Positions 1 through 8,454 of a stretch of 64,000 nucleotides of DNA are shown in pieces. The position numbers and the translations under genes are program-made. The stretch is from an uncultured virus (IMG/VR IMGVR_UViG_3300020596_000022) (taxonomy: Duplodnaviria > Heunggongvirae > Uroviricota > Caudoviricetes): IMG/VR virus record IMGVR_UViG_3300020596_000022; one strand, written 5' to 3'. A model generated the notes under the pieces. The model did not search any database and was not told the origin of the DNA. It saw nothing but the letters and a program-made list of their open reading frames with translations. Each line of letters begins with the position of its first letter. The stretch's first letter is position 1.

Positions 1-63
1 ATCATGCATGACATTTGGAGCCGTCACGGCTACTTCAGTAATATATGTTTTGAGTGTCTTCAT
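1..63 (-). CDS. 5' end of a putative internal virion protein (runs off the window)
   Basis: ATG at 63 reads MKTLKTYITEVAVTAPNVMHD; T4 internal-protein-like MKT..YI.E leader; CATAAATA late-promoter-like motif at 70-77. Confidence 0.6.
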   Translation of the reverse strand, partial: MKTLKTYITEVAVTAPNVMHD

Positions 64-261
64 GGTTAATATTTATGAAACTATATAGTAAGTTATTTTA
101 ATAATAAGGTCAATATGAAATATTAATAGGCGCTTTTCTAGCTATACTTCCAAAGATAGGAATTGATGGAGCATACGTTTTTGGTATACGACTATTAGTA
201 ATACTTGGAACAATTATCTATGTTGCACAACTTCTAGGATTATATTAAATATTTATTGCGT

Positions 262-534
262 TTATCTGATTTGATATTTTATGTGGAGCCAATATTCCAC
301 AGTTCCCGTTTCAATTCTCTTTAATGCATGTATCTTAGTGAATTTCTCTTCTACGGTATGAGATACATATCTTCCACGCATCATATGTATCATTAAAAAT
401 ACTAAGATATCCCAAACTTCTTCACCACTCAACGTTAGTATATTAAATTTCTTTTCGTCTTCAGTAGTTAATTTTTCTGGGCGGGACTTGAAATGATGTG
501 ACTCAAGTAAATATTTGTCCACAAATTCTTGCAT
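262..534 (-). CDS. hypothetical protein
   Basis: 90-aa ORF in the co-directional gene string; no motif recognised. Confidence 0.55.
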   Translation of the reverse strand: MQEFVDKYLLESHHFKSRPEKLTTEDEKKFNILTLSGEEVWDILVFLMIHMMRGRYVSHTVEEKFTKIHALKRIETGTVEYWLHIKYQIR

Positions 535-539
535 ATAAC

Positions 540-977
540 CTATTTGAACTTTGGTGGACGTCCTGATATGTTTGGGTTATTATCATAATAAAAATGGACT
601 TTATCAAGCAATTCTTTAAAAGTCTTGGATGGTTTTTCTGAATATTCCCACGCTACTTTACCAAGCATTCGTAAAAATGCAAAATATACATAAGATGTAA
701 GATAATAAAAAGGTCTTTTATATTTTGGTTGTTTTCTAACGGCTGAGTGGCAACGATGAAAAAAATCTTTATCTGCCAATTCTCTTAACTCTTGTGGGCC
801 GCCGCGCCAATAGTAAAAATCATGGTATAGTGATGCTTCTTTGAAAATTAGATCATGTGGATTAACAAAGAAACTTCTACTACCTACTCCATTCCAGATG
901 TAATCTTTAAAAAATTTCTTTTCTTTTTCTGTAAGTTTGTCGTATACTAGACCAACTTTATCTAATTCGCTAATCAT
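540..977 (-). CDS. prokaryotic phospholipase A2-like / DUF1353-like protein
   Basis: NG.G...HDFYY.RGG...R..AD..F motif; start overlaps the upstream stop. Confidence 0.55.
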   Translation of the reverse strand: MISELDKVGLVYDKLTEKEKKFFKDYIWNGVGSRSFFVNPHDLIFKEASLYHDFYYWRGGPQELRELADKDFFHRCHSAVRKQPKYKRPFYYLTSYVYFAFLRMLGKVAWEYSEKPSKTFKELLDKVHFYYDNNPNISGRPPKFK

Positions 978-1839
978 CTTCTTTTACTACCTTTGCTAAT
1001 TTCTCAGCTTCTTTATCCGAAAGCTTTTTGTCCGGACCTAAAATCTCTTCTATTTTTTTCAAGAATTGTAAATAATGATATTTCTCCATCAATTTAAAAA
1101 TAACATTTCCTGGTGTACGATTCTTTTCGCCGTATTTTCTTATTTCATCTGGAGTAACTTCACCAGCAAAAGCATCTTTTCTATCTTGTCTAATTTTATT
1201 ATAGATATCAACTAAACCAGATGCGGTGTTTTCTATTTTCTTTAATTCATCTTTGATTAATACTGATAATTTTTTAACTTCAGATTTATCAACTTTCTTC
1301 AATGATTCATAATCTATTAAATCGTGTCTTAAATCTGCTTTGAGTGAATTTATTTTATCTACTTTCTTTTTAAAATCTCCAAAGTATTGTGTAATATCAA
1401 AAGGTCTATCTACTGGCTTTCTTCTGAATTTATTTTGTTCTATATCAAATTCAGCATCACCTAACGCATTAGCTCTATCGTGATCTTTTTTATTTGAAAT
1501 TATGAAGTAGTTGATTGGATGATCTGTTCCCGGAATTATATGTTCACTGTAATCTTTTGCGAACTTTTCCATTGATGCTTCACTAGCACCATCAGCTAAT
1601 ATATGAACATCTAAATCAGTATCAAAGCGATATCTTTTAGTTAATATACTTCCAACTAGAACAACATCTTTTATATTAAGAGTCTTTTTAAATTGTTCTA
1701 AGTCTTTATTGATTAGATTTAATATTTTTGTTTTTAATTTTGGATTTTCTGTGGATGAGTCATCAAAAACTTCATCAGAATAAGATTCGTGATATGGATC
1801 GACGATTGATTCTGTTATATATTGATAGAAACTTTTCAT
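970..1839 (-). CDS. DNA polymerase beta-superfamily nucleotidyltransferase, probably virion-packaged
   Basis: LVGS...DTDLDVH (GS + DxD) signature; N-terminus MKSFYQYITE; ACTAAATA upstream at 1874-1881. Confidence 0.75.
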   Translation of the reverse strand: MKSFYQYITESIVDPYHESYSDEVFDDSSTENPKLKTKILNLINKDLEQFKKTLNIKDVVLVGSILTKRYRFDTDLDVHILADGASEASMEKFAKDYSEHIIPGTDHPINYFIISNKKDHDRANALGDAEFDIEQNKFRRKPVDRPFDITQYFGDFKKKVDKINSLKADLRHDLIDYESLKKVDKSEVKKLSVLIKDELKKIENTASGLVDIYNKIRQDRKDAFAGEVTPDEIRKYGEKNRTPGNVIFKLMEKYHYLQFLKKIEEILGPDKKLSDKEAEKLAKVVKEDD

Positions 1840-1846
1840 AACACCC

Positions 1847-1918
1847 AAAAAAGAGCCCTAATCCCTAGACTAATATTTAGTCATTCCACTACGTATTGGC
1901 TTTTCGGGGTTTCGGGCT
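1847..1918 (-). terminator. long hairpin with U-tract, containing a late-promoter-like motif
   Basis: minus strand AGCCC...GACTAA-ATA-TTAGTC...GGGCT-CTTTTTT. Confidence 0.45.
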
Positions 1919-2088
1919 TAAACTGGTGTATCTAACAATTGTTCTTTGATGATTTTTCTGTTTTGTTTACGCATTAGACCTGAACGAAACGATTTTAACC
2001 AAGCACGATACTTAGATCTCCCTGAAGGAGGTGTACAGTTTTTACAAAGACAAACTGCATAACCTTTAATGTGTCTATCGCCGTTCAT
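1918..2088 (-). CDS. small basic Cys-containing hypothetical protein
   Basis: MNGDRHIKGYAVCLCKNC... with AAGGA SD; the longer start at 2127 would overlap the tRNA. Confidence 0.5.
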   Translation of the reverse strand: MNGDRHIKGYAVCLCKNCTPPSGRSKYRAWLKSFRSGLMRKQNRKIIKEQLLDTPV

Positions 2089-2103
2089 AGTATCCTTAAA
2101 AAA

Positions 2104-2178
2104 TGGTAGCGGAGGCATGAGTCGCACATGCTATCTCTTGGTTATGAGCCAAGCGAGTTACTCTTTCTCTTCCCCGCG
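2104..2178 (-). tRNA. tRNA-Met(CAT), initiator-type, with atypical D/T loops and anticodon stem
   Basis: CGCGGGG-AA-GAG AAAGAGTAA CTC-G-CTTGG CTCATAA CCAAG-AGATA-GCATG TGCGACT CATGC-CTCCGCT-ACCA; C1:U72 mismatch, A11:U24, encoded CCA. Confidence 0.85.
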
Positions 2179-2181
2179 ATA

Positions 2182-2575
2182 TGGTGGAGCTGGCGAGAAT
2201 CGAACTCGCGTCCTAGAATCTTTAATTATTCGCACTACAAGCGTAGTTTATTTTTTGAGGGGTTTCAGCCCTTCACGCAATTCAGTTTCAAAATAAACAA
2301 CATAACCTGAATTACAAATGGTCAACCATTATTCCCATCCCAGTTTTGGTTTACTCTCTTACGGACGGTTATTGAGAGGCTCCGATAGTGGTGAAATTAT
2401 ATGTTTAAGTATACTACTATCTATCTTTACTTAAACACAGATTATGCAGCTAGTGCGTAATCGGCAAAATCGTTAGAGTTTGCATTTAACATTTGATTCA
2501 TTTTAACGTAGCCAAGAATCATCTACGGCTTGCGCGACTAACCTTAGTTTTTCCAGTCGAAACCATGGCAGCCCC
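2182..2575 (-). ncRNA. ssrA: tmRNA; tag peptide ANSNDFADYALAA* (2483-2442)
   Basis: 5' GGGGCTGCCATGGTTTCGAC, 3' GACGCGAGTTCGATTCTCGCCAGCTCCACCA with G3:U70 alanine determinant; resume codon GCA; tag ends YALAA-TAA. Confidence 0.96.
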
Positions 2576-2579
2576 AATC

Positions 2580-2587
2580 TATTTATT
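2580..2587 (-). promoter_or_regulatory. T4-type late promoter-like motif (AATAAATA) upstream of tmRNA
   Basis: 4 nt before the mature tmRNA 5' end; gp55 late sigma factor is in the window. Confidence 0.5.
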
Positions 2588-2611
2588 ATAACGTACTATA
2601 TATTGGAACTA

Positions 2612-2998
2612 TTATCTAGGATTAATTTCATACTTAGTCATTTCATCTATTTGCGCTTCAGTGAGTTTAGGTCTATCATCTTTACCTACACCACGAAGAA
2701 CAAATGCCAAAAGGAAAAACAAACAGCATCCAGCATGTGCAAGATGTGATCTTCCAGTCTCGGCATCTGTGTCTTGACCTTGAAACCACAGAGTTAAATG
2801 GCGCATCAAAGCTCCATATACTCTTGACCAATTGAAACCTTTTTCCCAATTTCTGTCGGCGTATTTCTTAGCACCAAAAGTTAAGATCTTTGCAATCTCA
2901 ACTACAACATCCCAAGGTACAAGATCCATACGAATCTTATCTTGATCGTGTTTTACGCCTTGTGTTTCTTTTTCAACTTCACTCATAATAAACTCCAA
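2612..2998 (-). CDS. dATP/dGTP diphosphohydrolase domain protein (DUF5664-like)
   Basis: GVKHDQDK.R.DL.P...FGAKKYA.RNW.KG...RHL..W..G.D.D.ETG..HLAHA. Confidence 0.85.
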   Translation of the reverse strand: MEFIMSEVEKETQGVKHDQDKIRMDLVPWDVVVEIAKILTFGAKKYADRNWEKGFNWSRVYGALMRHLTLWFQGQDTDAETGRSHLAHAGCCLFFLLAFVLRGVGKDDRPKLTEAQIDEMTKYEINPR

Positions 2999-3000
2999 GG

Positions 3001-3774
3001 TTAATCTAGCTTTAAATTGTGGCGGGTTATAATGTATTCTTTTACGAACCCACTACGTACTATATCACCAATTTGAAACTCAATCAAGTCAAAACTGGGC
3101 ATTGCTCTAGCTATTTTTATCATATTATGGATACCAGTTTCTTGTGACTTTTTACCGTTCATTTTCAAATCGTCTTGTCTAAAATCACCGCATAGTATTA
3201 CTTTACAGTTTTTTCCTACTCGTGTTAAGACTGAATTTAATTCGTGATCGGTTAAGTTCTGAACTTCATCCACAATCAATATTGCGTCATCAAAGGTTAA
3301 TCCTCTAATGAATGATGTGGACATAAAATCAAGATTGCCTTTCTTTTTCAGTGTATCATATACATCTCTACGGCCACCAGAAAGTTCAGCACAAATATCT
3401 TTATATGGAGCTTCATAGACTGCCATCTTTTCTGATAGTGTTCCAGGCATAAACCCTAGATCTCTTGATGCCACCGCGCTTCTCACAATTATTATTTGGC
3501 GAACATTACCAGAAAATAATTCTGATAGACCAAAATATAAACCAAGAAATGTTTTTCCTGTACCTGCAACACCATACAACAAAAGATGTTTATCACTACC
3601 AAAAGCGTAAAAAGCTTTTCGTTGATTTTCAGTAAGAGGTTTGATGGCCTCTAATTTGAAATTATGATTTAATAACTTTTTCTGTCTTCTATAAGGATCT
3701 TCTTCTTTTAAAACGTCTTCTTGTGGGGCTTGCTCTGGTTTGTAATTCGTATTTTTACGGGATCTTTTTCCCAT
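3001..3774 (-). CDS. phoH: PhoH-like ATPase
   Basis: GVAGTGKT Walker A, LGFMPG, RGLTFD..I.IVDEVQN, TRVG...K.I.CGD..Q.DL. Confidence 0.95.
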   Translation of the reverse strand: MGKRSRKNTNYKPEQAPQEDVLKEEDPYRRQKKLLNHNFKLEAIKPLTENQRKAFYAFGSDKHLLLYGVAGTGKTFLGLYFGLSELFSGNVRQIIIVRSAVASRDLGFMPGTLSEKMAVYEAPYKDICAELSGGRRDVYDTLKKKGNLDFMSTSFIRGLTFDDAILIVDEVQNLTDHELNSVLTRVGKNCKVILCGDFRQDDLKMNGKKSQETGIHNMIKIARAMPSFDLIEFQIGDIVRSGFVKEYIITRHNLKLD

Positions 3775-3776
3775 AG

Positions 3777-4037
3777 TTAATAGTCCTTTATTTTAGTCGT
3801 GTGTTTGTTGCCTTCTTTAATCTGTAACATCCTCTCCTTGAAATCCGACCGAGGTTTTCTCAGACCATCTATAGCACTCGGACTCACCAAAGCTGGAGCC
3901 GAGAAGACTGAAGTAACGCATTTTTCCTCCTTACAATTTGGACAGGGACTTTCTAAAGGTATACTTCTTTCTACTATCTTCAAAAGATCACTGAACTTAA
4001 AATTACACTTACTACATTCAAATTCATATGTTGGCAT
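3777..4037 (-). CDS. FmdB-family zinc-ribbon protein
   Basis: MPTYEFECSKC...CPNC. Confidence 0.85.
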   Translation of the reverse strand: MPTYEFECSKCNFKFSDLLKIVERSIPLESPCPNCKEEKCVTSVFSAPALVSPSAIDGLRKPRSDFKERMLQIKEGNKHTTKIKDY

Positions 4038-4039
4038 AA

Positions 4040-4519
4040 TTAAACTCCTGTATACCAATCTGGTGTTGGTCTTTTAGTCCAACTTGCCAAATGATTTTTA
4101 CTTTTAATATAATAGGTTCTGTATGATTGAATACTATCCGCACTGCGAAATTCGTCAGGCATAGCTTGAGGAGGTTGAGTGAAAGCGTCATTAGATATAA
4201 GCATCGGCGCTTGTTGTAACACATGTTTAAGTTTCTTCTCAGTAAGGTGTGTTTTTCCGTACCTAAAAGTGTATTCTGTGCAAAGTTCACAAAACAAATT
4301 ATATAACCACTGATAATTATTTATGTTGGCACGTGCCCATTTAGTAGACGGATGGTTGATATGCGTAGCTTTATATAATTCAGTAGATATACTCTTATCC
4401 AATACTCTATGTGCCGTTGATAGTATTTGAGCAGTTTCTAAAATCATTTTAACTACATGTTTATCATTGTGATACCTAGCGGCTATACTTGGATCTTCAG
4501 AAAGATAGAATATGTTCAT
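4040..4519 (-). CDS. denV: pyrimidine-dimer DNA glycosylase (DenV/endonuclease V)-like protein
   Basis: MNIFYL...H.DKHVVKMILE.AQ.LSTAH, YKATH.NHP...W, EYT.RYGK.H, PQAMP. Confidence 0.75.
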   Translation of the reverse strand: MNIFYLSEDPSIAARYHNDKHVVKMILETAQILSTAHRVLDKSISTELYKATHINHPSTKWARANINNYQWLYNLFCELCTEYTFRYGKTHLTEKKLKHVLQQAPMLISNDAFTQPPQAMPDEFRSADSIQSYRTYYIKSKNHLASWTKRPTPDWYTGV

Positions 4520-4575
4520 AAGATTATTCTAACATAAATAATCTGAATAGTAAACGTTTTTATTGGAGAAACAAC

Positions 4576-4695
4576 ATGAAAAAGCTAAAATGTTTACTTG
4601 CTAGACTCCTAGTTAAGCTTGGATTAAAGAAGGCCTCACAGTGTAAAGCTTGTGTACTTCCTTTGAAGAAAGCTACTAAGAAAGGCAAGAAGTAA
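4576..4695 (+). CDS. 39-aa lysine-rich peptide (not in ORF track)
   Basis: MKKLKCLLARLLVKLGLKKASQCKACVLPLKKATKKGKK; GGAG SD, CATAAATA at 4533-4540, terminator directly downstream. Confidence 0.7.
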   Translation: MKKLKCLLARLLVKLGLKKASQCKACVLPLKKATKKGKK

Positions 4696-4701
4696 ACACT
4701 C

Positions 4702-4729
4702 AAGGGGCACTCAATGTGCCCTTTTTTTT
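4702..4729 (+). terminator. intrinsic terminator
   Basis: GGGCAC-TCAAT-GTGCCC followed by T8. Confidence 0.8.
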
Positions 4730-5381
4730 ATTTCTCTGCTTTTGGTTTACTGAAATCTTTAATAGCACCAATCATTTTTGCTTCTATACTTGGACTGTAG
4801 TAAGGAGCTTCACACGACTGCCAGATCTCTTGATGATGGCCGCCACCACGAGTTTCAGGATCATGTTCGTGAAGCATATAATGTTGTGTTTCGTGTCTGT
4901 AGACTTGGGCAGCATCAATATTTTCAACTATGAATACAGTACGTGTTTCTGGTTGATATACACCCAATACAGCACCAATTCCGTATATATCTACTACTGG
5001 TATGAAATTAAATGTTCCTGTTTTTTCGCTGTATACATCAGGCGAACTAGCACTAACTATGTAACATCTAGGAATTTCTAATTCTTCACTAACTGGACGT
5101 TTGCGCCATGCGGTCTGATTAACACACTGTCTAGCTTTATTGAATTCTTCTTGTTCATCAAATACTGTACCACAAGGTTTAAGATCTCCCCATCTTGTGT
5201 GAGGAAGTAATTCGTGAATTAATGGTTGATTAGCAATTTCAACCAGAGGAAGTCCACGATTCATTATGATTGCTGGTTGAGTTAAAACGGTATAGACTAA
5301 CAACGACGGAAGGAATAGAAGAAAACATTTAACGGATACTCTTATAGCATCCAAAATGAATCCAAGCAACAGTTTAATCAT
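4728..5381 (-). CDS. membrane-anchored HExxH (zincin-like) protein
   Basis: hydrophobic N-terminus; GVY....R.V.I...YRHETQHYML. Confidence 0.55.
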   Translation of the reverse strand: MIKLLLGFILDAIRVSVKCFLLFLPSLLVYTVLTQPAIIMNRGLPLVEIANQPLIHELLPHTRWGDLKPCGTVFDEQEEFNKARQCVNQTAWRKRPVSEELEIPRCYIVSASSPDVYSEKTGTFNFIPVVDIYGIGAVLGVYQPETRTVFIVENIDAAQVYRHETQHYMLHEHDPETRGGGHHQEIWQSCEAPYYSPSIEAKMIGAIKDFSKPKAEK

Positions 5382-5386
5382 TTGAC

Positions 5387-5433
5387 ACCTCTTCTAATTA
5401 AATACTTCAAATTATTTAGAAGTATCCAGAGGT
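5387..5433 (-). promoter_or_regulatory. RBS-sequestering hairpin with an internal late promoter
   Basis: ACCTCT...ATACTTC-TAAATAATTT-GAAGTAT...AGAGGT(SD); TCTAAATA lies in the loop. Confidence 0.55.
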
Positions 5434-5442
5434 CTACTGCCA

Positions 5443-5633
5443 AGGGTAGGAAAGAAAAAGAAGCATATACAAAAAGATTTCAACGGTATTTAACTACCTC
5501 CACCCATTGTATTAAAGGTGTGCTTCCACACCTACTTCGCAAGCAGGAATTCTTTTTTGTGGTAGCAACCACTTCATTAGCCCGTTGAATTAAACGGGCG
5601 GATACTGACCCTTGCTTAAGGGGCGCGGCTAAT
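5443..5633 (-). ncRNA. putative structured non-coding RNA or leader
   Basis: about 190 nt without a convincing ORF, with hairpins CCCTT/AAGGG, GCCCGTT/AACGGGC, GTGGT/ACCAC, CCTGCTT/AAGTAGG, AGGTGTG/CACACCT; AATAAATA at 5636-5643. Confidence 0.45.
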
Positions 5634-5638
5634 ATTAT

Positions 5639-5872
5639 TTATTCTAATGTTAAACCCTTACTAGTGAGTTCTTCTCTTATGAGTTGATTTACTTCATCTA
5701 TAACATCATAAGCAGTAAGTTTAGAATGATCTCCGTGCTTTTCTATTTCTCTTAATTTTTGTTGGATGTCCCAGATGATCATTTTGAAATCGGATGCGTG
5801 GCGCATATCGTCAATCTCTTGAGTCTCTTGTGGACAAGAAGGATTGTAAAGTATCGTTAGTCTTGCTCTCAT
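5639..5872 (-). CDS. hypothetical protein
   Basis: 77-aa ORF in operon. Confidence 0.65.
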   Translation of the reverse strand: MRARLTILYNPSCPQETQEIDDMRHASDFKMIIWDIQQKLREIEKHGDHSKLTAYDVIDEVNQLIREELTSKGLTLE

Positions 5873-5874
5873 AA

Positions 5875-6111
5875 TTATTCACTATCATCAAGCCCAATTT
5901 CTGAGGCTTTATAATTTTTAACTCCAATTTTAATTTTCTTTTTCATATCTTCAAAAGATAGTTGTGGTATAGGGCCAGGTAAATTCTCTTTTAATATTCT
6001 GTTTATCTCTGCTACTAAAAGTTGGGCTTCTTGCTCCAAAAGAATATCGGGCTGCTCTGTATCATATGATACTACTAGGTTAAACAACCTTATCAGCGCC
6101 CTCGGTTTCAT
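5875..6111 (-). CDS. hypothetical protein
   Basis: 78-aa ORF in operon with GGAG SD. Confidence 0.6.
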   Translation of the reverse strand: MKPRALIRLFNLVVSYDTEQPDILLEQEAQLLVAEINRILKENLPGPIPQLSFEDMKKKIKIGVKNYKASEIGLDDSE

Positions 6112-6592
6112 CTAAATCTCCAGAAGTTTTAGTCTCTTTAATAGATTTAGCATCCGCCGGCAGTAGATCAGGAAATATTTCCTCTACTAACTTGCGAGTT
6201 AAACCCACATTAAGCTTTTTATCCTTCGCTTCAACAAGCACTGTTGCTTCTTGATGAGATAATTGTTCAAGTAACTGTCCGAAGATCTGTTCACGCTTAA
6301 ACTGTCTCAAATTTGGCGTAGATTCTTTAACAAAAATATAAAACTTCTTTACAATACTTTTCAAAGTCACTTCACCAAAACCAGTTGGTTTTGGATTAGG
6401 TTTGTAATTGGCAGGAAATCCTTCAGGCAATTCAAATTTCAACTTAGGGTCAAAATTTAATCGCAATATTGATCGCACCGCGAGATTATCATTCTCTTGT
6501 AGAATCTTTGCTCTCTCACCTTTTGTCTTAGCACCTTTCAATGCTTCAAAAACTTCTCCTACCGTTCTAGGTAGATTATGTACTAATGCCAT
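6080..6592 (-). CDS. conserved T4-like phage protein (DUF6433-like)
   Basis: FDP.L.F.LPEG..., KRE..F..LLE.L...EA..L...KDK.L; typically follows RNase H. Confidence 0.7.
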   Translation of the reverse strand: MALVHNLPRTVGEVFEALKGAKTKGERAKILQENDNLAVRSILRLNFDPKLKFELPEGFPANYKPNPKPTGFGEVTLKSIVKKFYIFVKESTPNLRQFKREQIFGQLLEQLSHQEATVLVEAKDKKLNVGLTRKLVEEIFPDLLPADAKSIKETKTSGDLDETEGADKVV

Positions 6593-6602
6593 ATTAACTC
6601 CA

Positions 6603-7490
6603 TTAAAATTGAGACATCTCATCCATTAAAAACTTCAACCGATTTTTCACAAAGTAATCAAATAAGTTTTTTCTGCTACCTTTTGGACCTTGTTCATATG
6701 CTTGAATGATAGCTAATTCTATCGCCTCAGGCACTTTACTTAGGTCAATCAGTTGCTCGTTTCTCTTATAATTACGTAACATTCCTTCATCACAAAATTC
6801 TTCTGGTGATTTAGCTCTCAACCATTCATCGACTTTTTTAGTCATTACTGATTTTTGCTTTGCACCTTCTGTTACAAAAACACTATCTGAAGATAAGAAG
6901 TTAGGAATACCGTCACCACTATCTCCCCTGATAATATGCTCTATTAGATATTTATGAGGATCATCTACACTTAGATATTTCTTCTGCATAGGTGAATACT
7001 GCTTAATATTTGGATACTTCTGTAGCTGTAAGAAATCCTTATCTCCAGATAATATCAATACTGGCTGAGCTTCTTCATCCAAACCAACTCTAGTAAGATT
7101 ATTAGTCTGTGTATATTTTGTCATAGTAGCAATGATATCATCCGCTTCGGCGCCATGAATTTGAATTACTAAGTAGGGAAAAGTTTCTCTAATCTCATCT
7201 CTAATTTTATTGAGAGTGTTAAAGATTAAACCCCAATCAAATCCAGAACTTTCTCGCGCCTTCTTTCTATTAGCTTTATAGTATTGAAATACTTCGCGGC
7301 GCCAATAATGTCTATCATCAGAACAAAAAACCATCTGACCATAATCTGGACCAAATTTCTTTTTATATGATAAGATACTTGATAGCACCATATGGCGTAT
7401 CAAATCTTCACTTAGTTGGGCATTAGGATTGCTGCCGATCTGCGACATCAAATTAGAAATAAGAGTTTGGTTAAAATCAATTAATATCAT
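6603..7490 (-). CDS. rnh: T4 RNase H (5'-3' flap exonuclease)
   Basis: MILIDFNQ, YWRR..F.YYK.NRK, EADDII, ILSGDKDF.QL, GD.GDGIPN. Confidence 0.95.
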   Translation of the reverse strand: MILIDFNQTLISNLMSQIGSNPNAQLSEDLIRHMVLSSILSYKKKFGPDYGQMVFCSDDRHYWRREVFQYYKANRKKARESSGFDWGLIFNTLNKIRDEIRETFPYLVIQIHGAEADDIIATMTKYTQTNNLTRVGLDEEAQPVLILSGDKDFLQLQKYPNIKQYSPMQKKYLSVDDPHKYLIEHIIRGDSGDGIPNFLSSDSVFVTEGAKQKSVMTKKVDEWLRAKSPEEFCDEGMLRNYKRNEQLIDLSKVPEAIELAIIQAYEQGPKGSRKNLFDYFVKNRLKFLMDEMSQF

Positions 7491-7502
7491 ATAATCATTA
7501 TA

Positions 7503-7886
7503 TCACAGTTGTATGCGTTTTGTACAGGTTTCTTTTATTATTTCTAATATTTCTTCTTCTAAGGTTTTTGGATTCTCTTCTTTATGTTTTTTGATTGCTT
7601 CATCCAATTGCTCCATTATTTCTTGTATTTTATTTGGAGGTGGCATCAAATCGTGTGGATCTTGAAGAGGTGGGAATATTCTGGGAATATTAATTATAGG
7701 ATATAAATCTGCTGCTATCTCAGGCATCGTCCAATTTTTTTCTGATCCTTCTGGACCCCAAACAATACCTTGACCACTACAAGTTGTACAGGGAACTGTC
7801 ATAGGTATAGCACTGGTAGACCAACCACCAACAGGATTAGTTCCTGAACCTCCGCAGACTGGACAAGTATGTGGTTTATTACTCAC
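7503..7886 (-). CDS. DnaJ-type zinc-finger-containing protein
   Basis: CPVCGGSG...CTTCSGQG. Confidence 0.6.
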   Translation of the reverse strand: MSNKPHTCPVCGGSGTNPVGGWSTSAIPMTVPCTTCSGQGIVWGPEGSEKNWTMPEIAADLYPIINIPRIFPPLQDPHDLMPPPNKIQEIMEQLDEAIKKHKEENPKTLEEEILEIIKETCTKRIQL

Positions 7887-8202
7887 CTCTACCTTCTTTT
7901 TGATCTAAAATAAATTGCATTAACTTCTTTTGTCTTCCCATTATTATCATTTCAATTGGTCTAATACCACCCAACATAGGATTTTCAGCAAAGAACCAAC
8001 GCACCGTTTTCTTTTCATTCTGTTTGAAAAAAGATGCAACCTCTTCATATGCTAACATAGCTAAAGGATCATTAGAAAACTTTTCTAAAATACTCTTAGC
8101 TGTCTTATATGAAAATCTAGTGCGGCTCAACTTTTTTAAAAGAGGATTGGAATTCCTTAAATCCGTCAAGAGCCCTTTCCTTGAAGTAGTATTGATCATC
8201 AT
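7879..8202 (-). CDS. Xre/MbcA/ParS antitoxin C-terminal (DUF2384-like) protein
   Basis: F......RWF..ENP.LGG.RPIEMI..G. Confidence 0.6.
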   Translation of the reverse strand: MMINTTSRKGLLTDLRNSNPLLKKLSRTRFSYKTAKSILEKFSNDPLAMLAYEEVASFFKQNEKKTVRWFFAENPMLGGIRPIEMIIMGRQKKLMQFILDQKEGRGE

Positions 8203-8454
8203 ATTCTCCTAAAATATTATATACTGTCTCTCCACCCTGCACAATATAGATCTAATTTTTCTTTTTCATCCAATTCAAATCTTTTCATATTACCTCTGAA
8301 CCATCCAAAAGCAAACGCAATACAAAATTGAAATATGACAAAAAGAAGAACTAACATTTAACCTCTCTTGATTGGAGCTTTTCGGAGATCATCAATACAT
8401 TTTGAATAGCCGTGTTTAAATCCAGTGTAATAAATTGCTGCTGCTATGATGATA

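Noticed and set aside
108..248. Hydrophobic plus-strand reading frame (holin-like)
   Set aside because: Preceded by in-frame stops, with no convincing start codon or SD
2069..2310. Plus-strand ORFs 2069-2296 and 2128-2310
   Set aside because: They are antisense to the tRNA and tmRNA
2612..2998. Evidence for a Z-genome or deazaguanine DNA
   Set aside because: DUF5664 alone is not enough; no purZ, dpdA or que genes are visible, and adenine MTases are present
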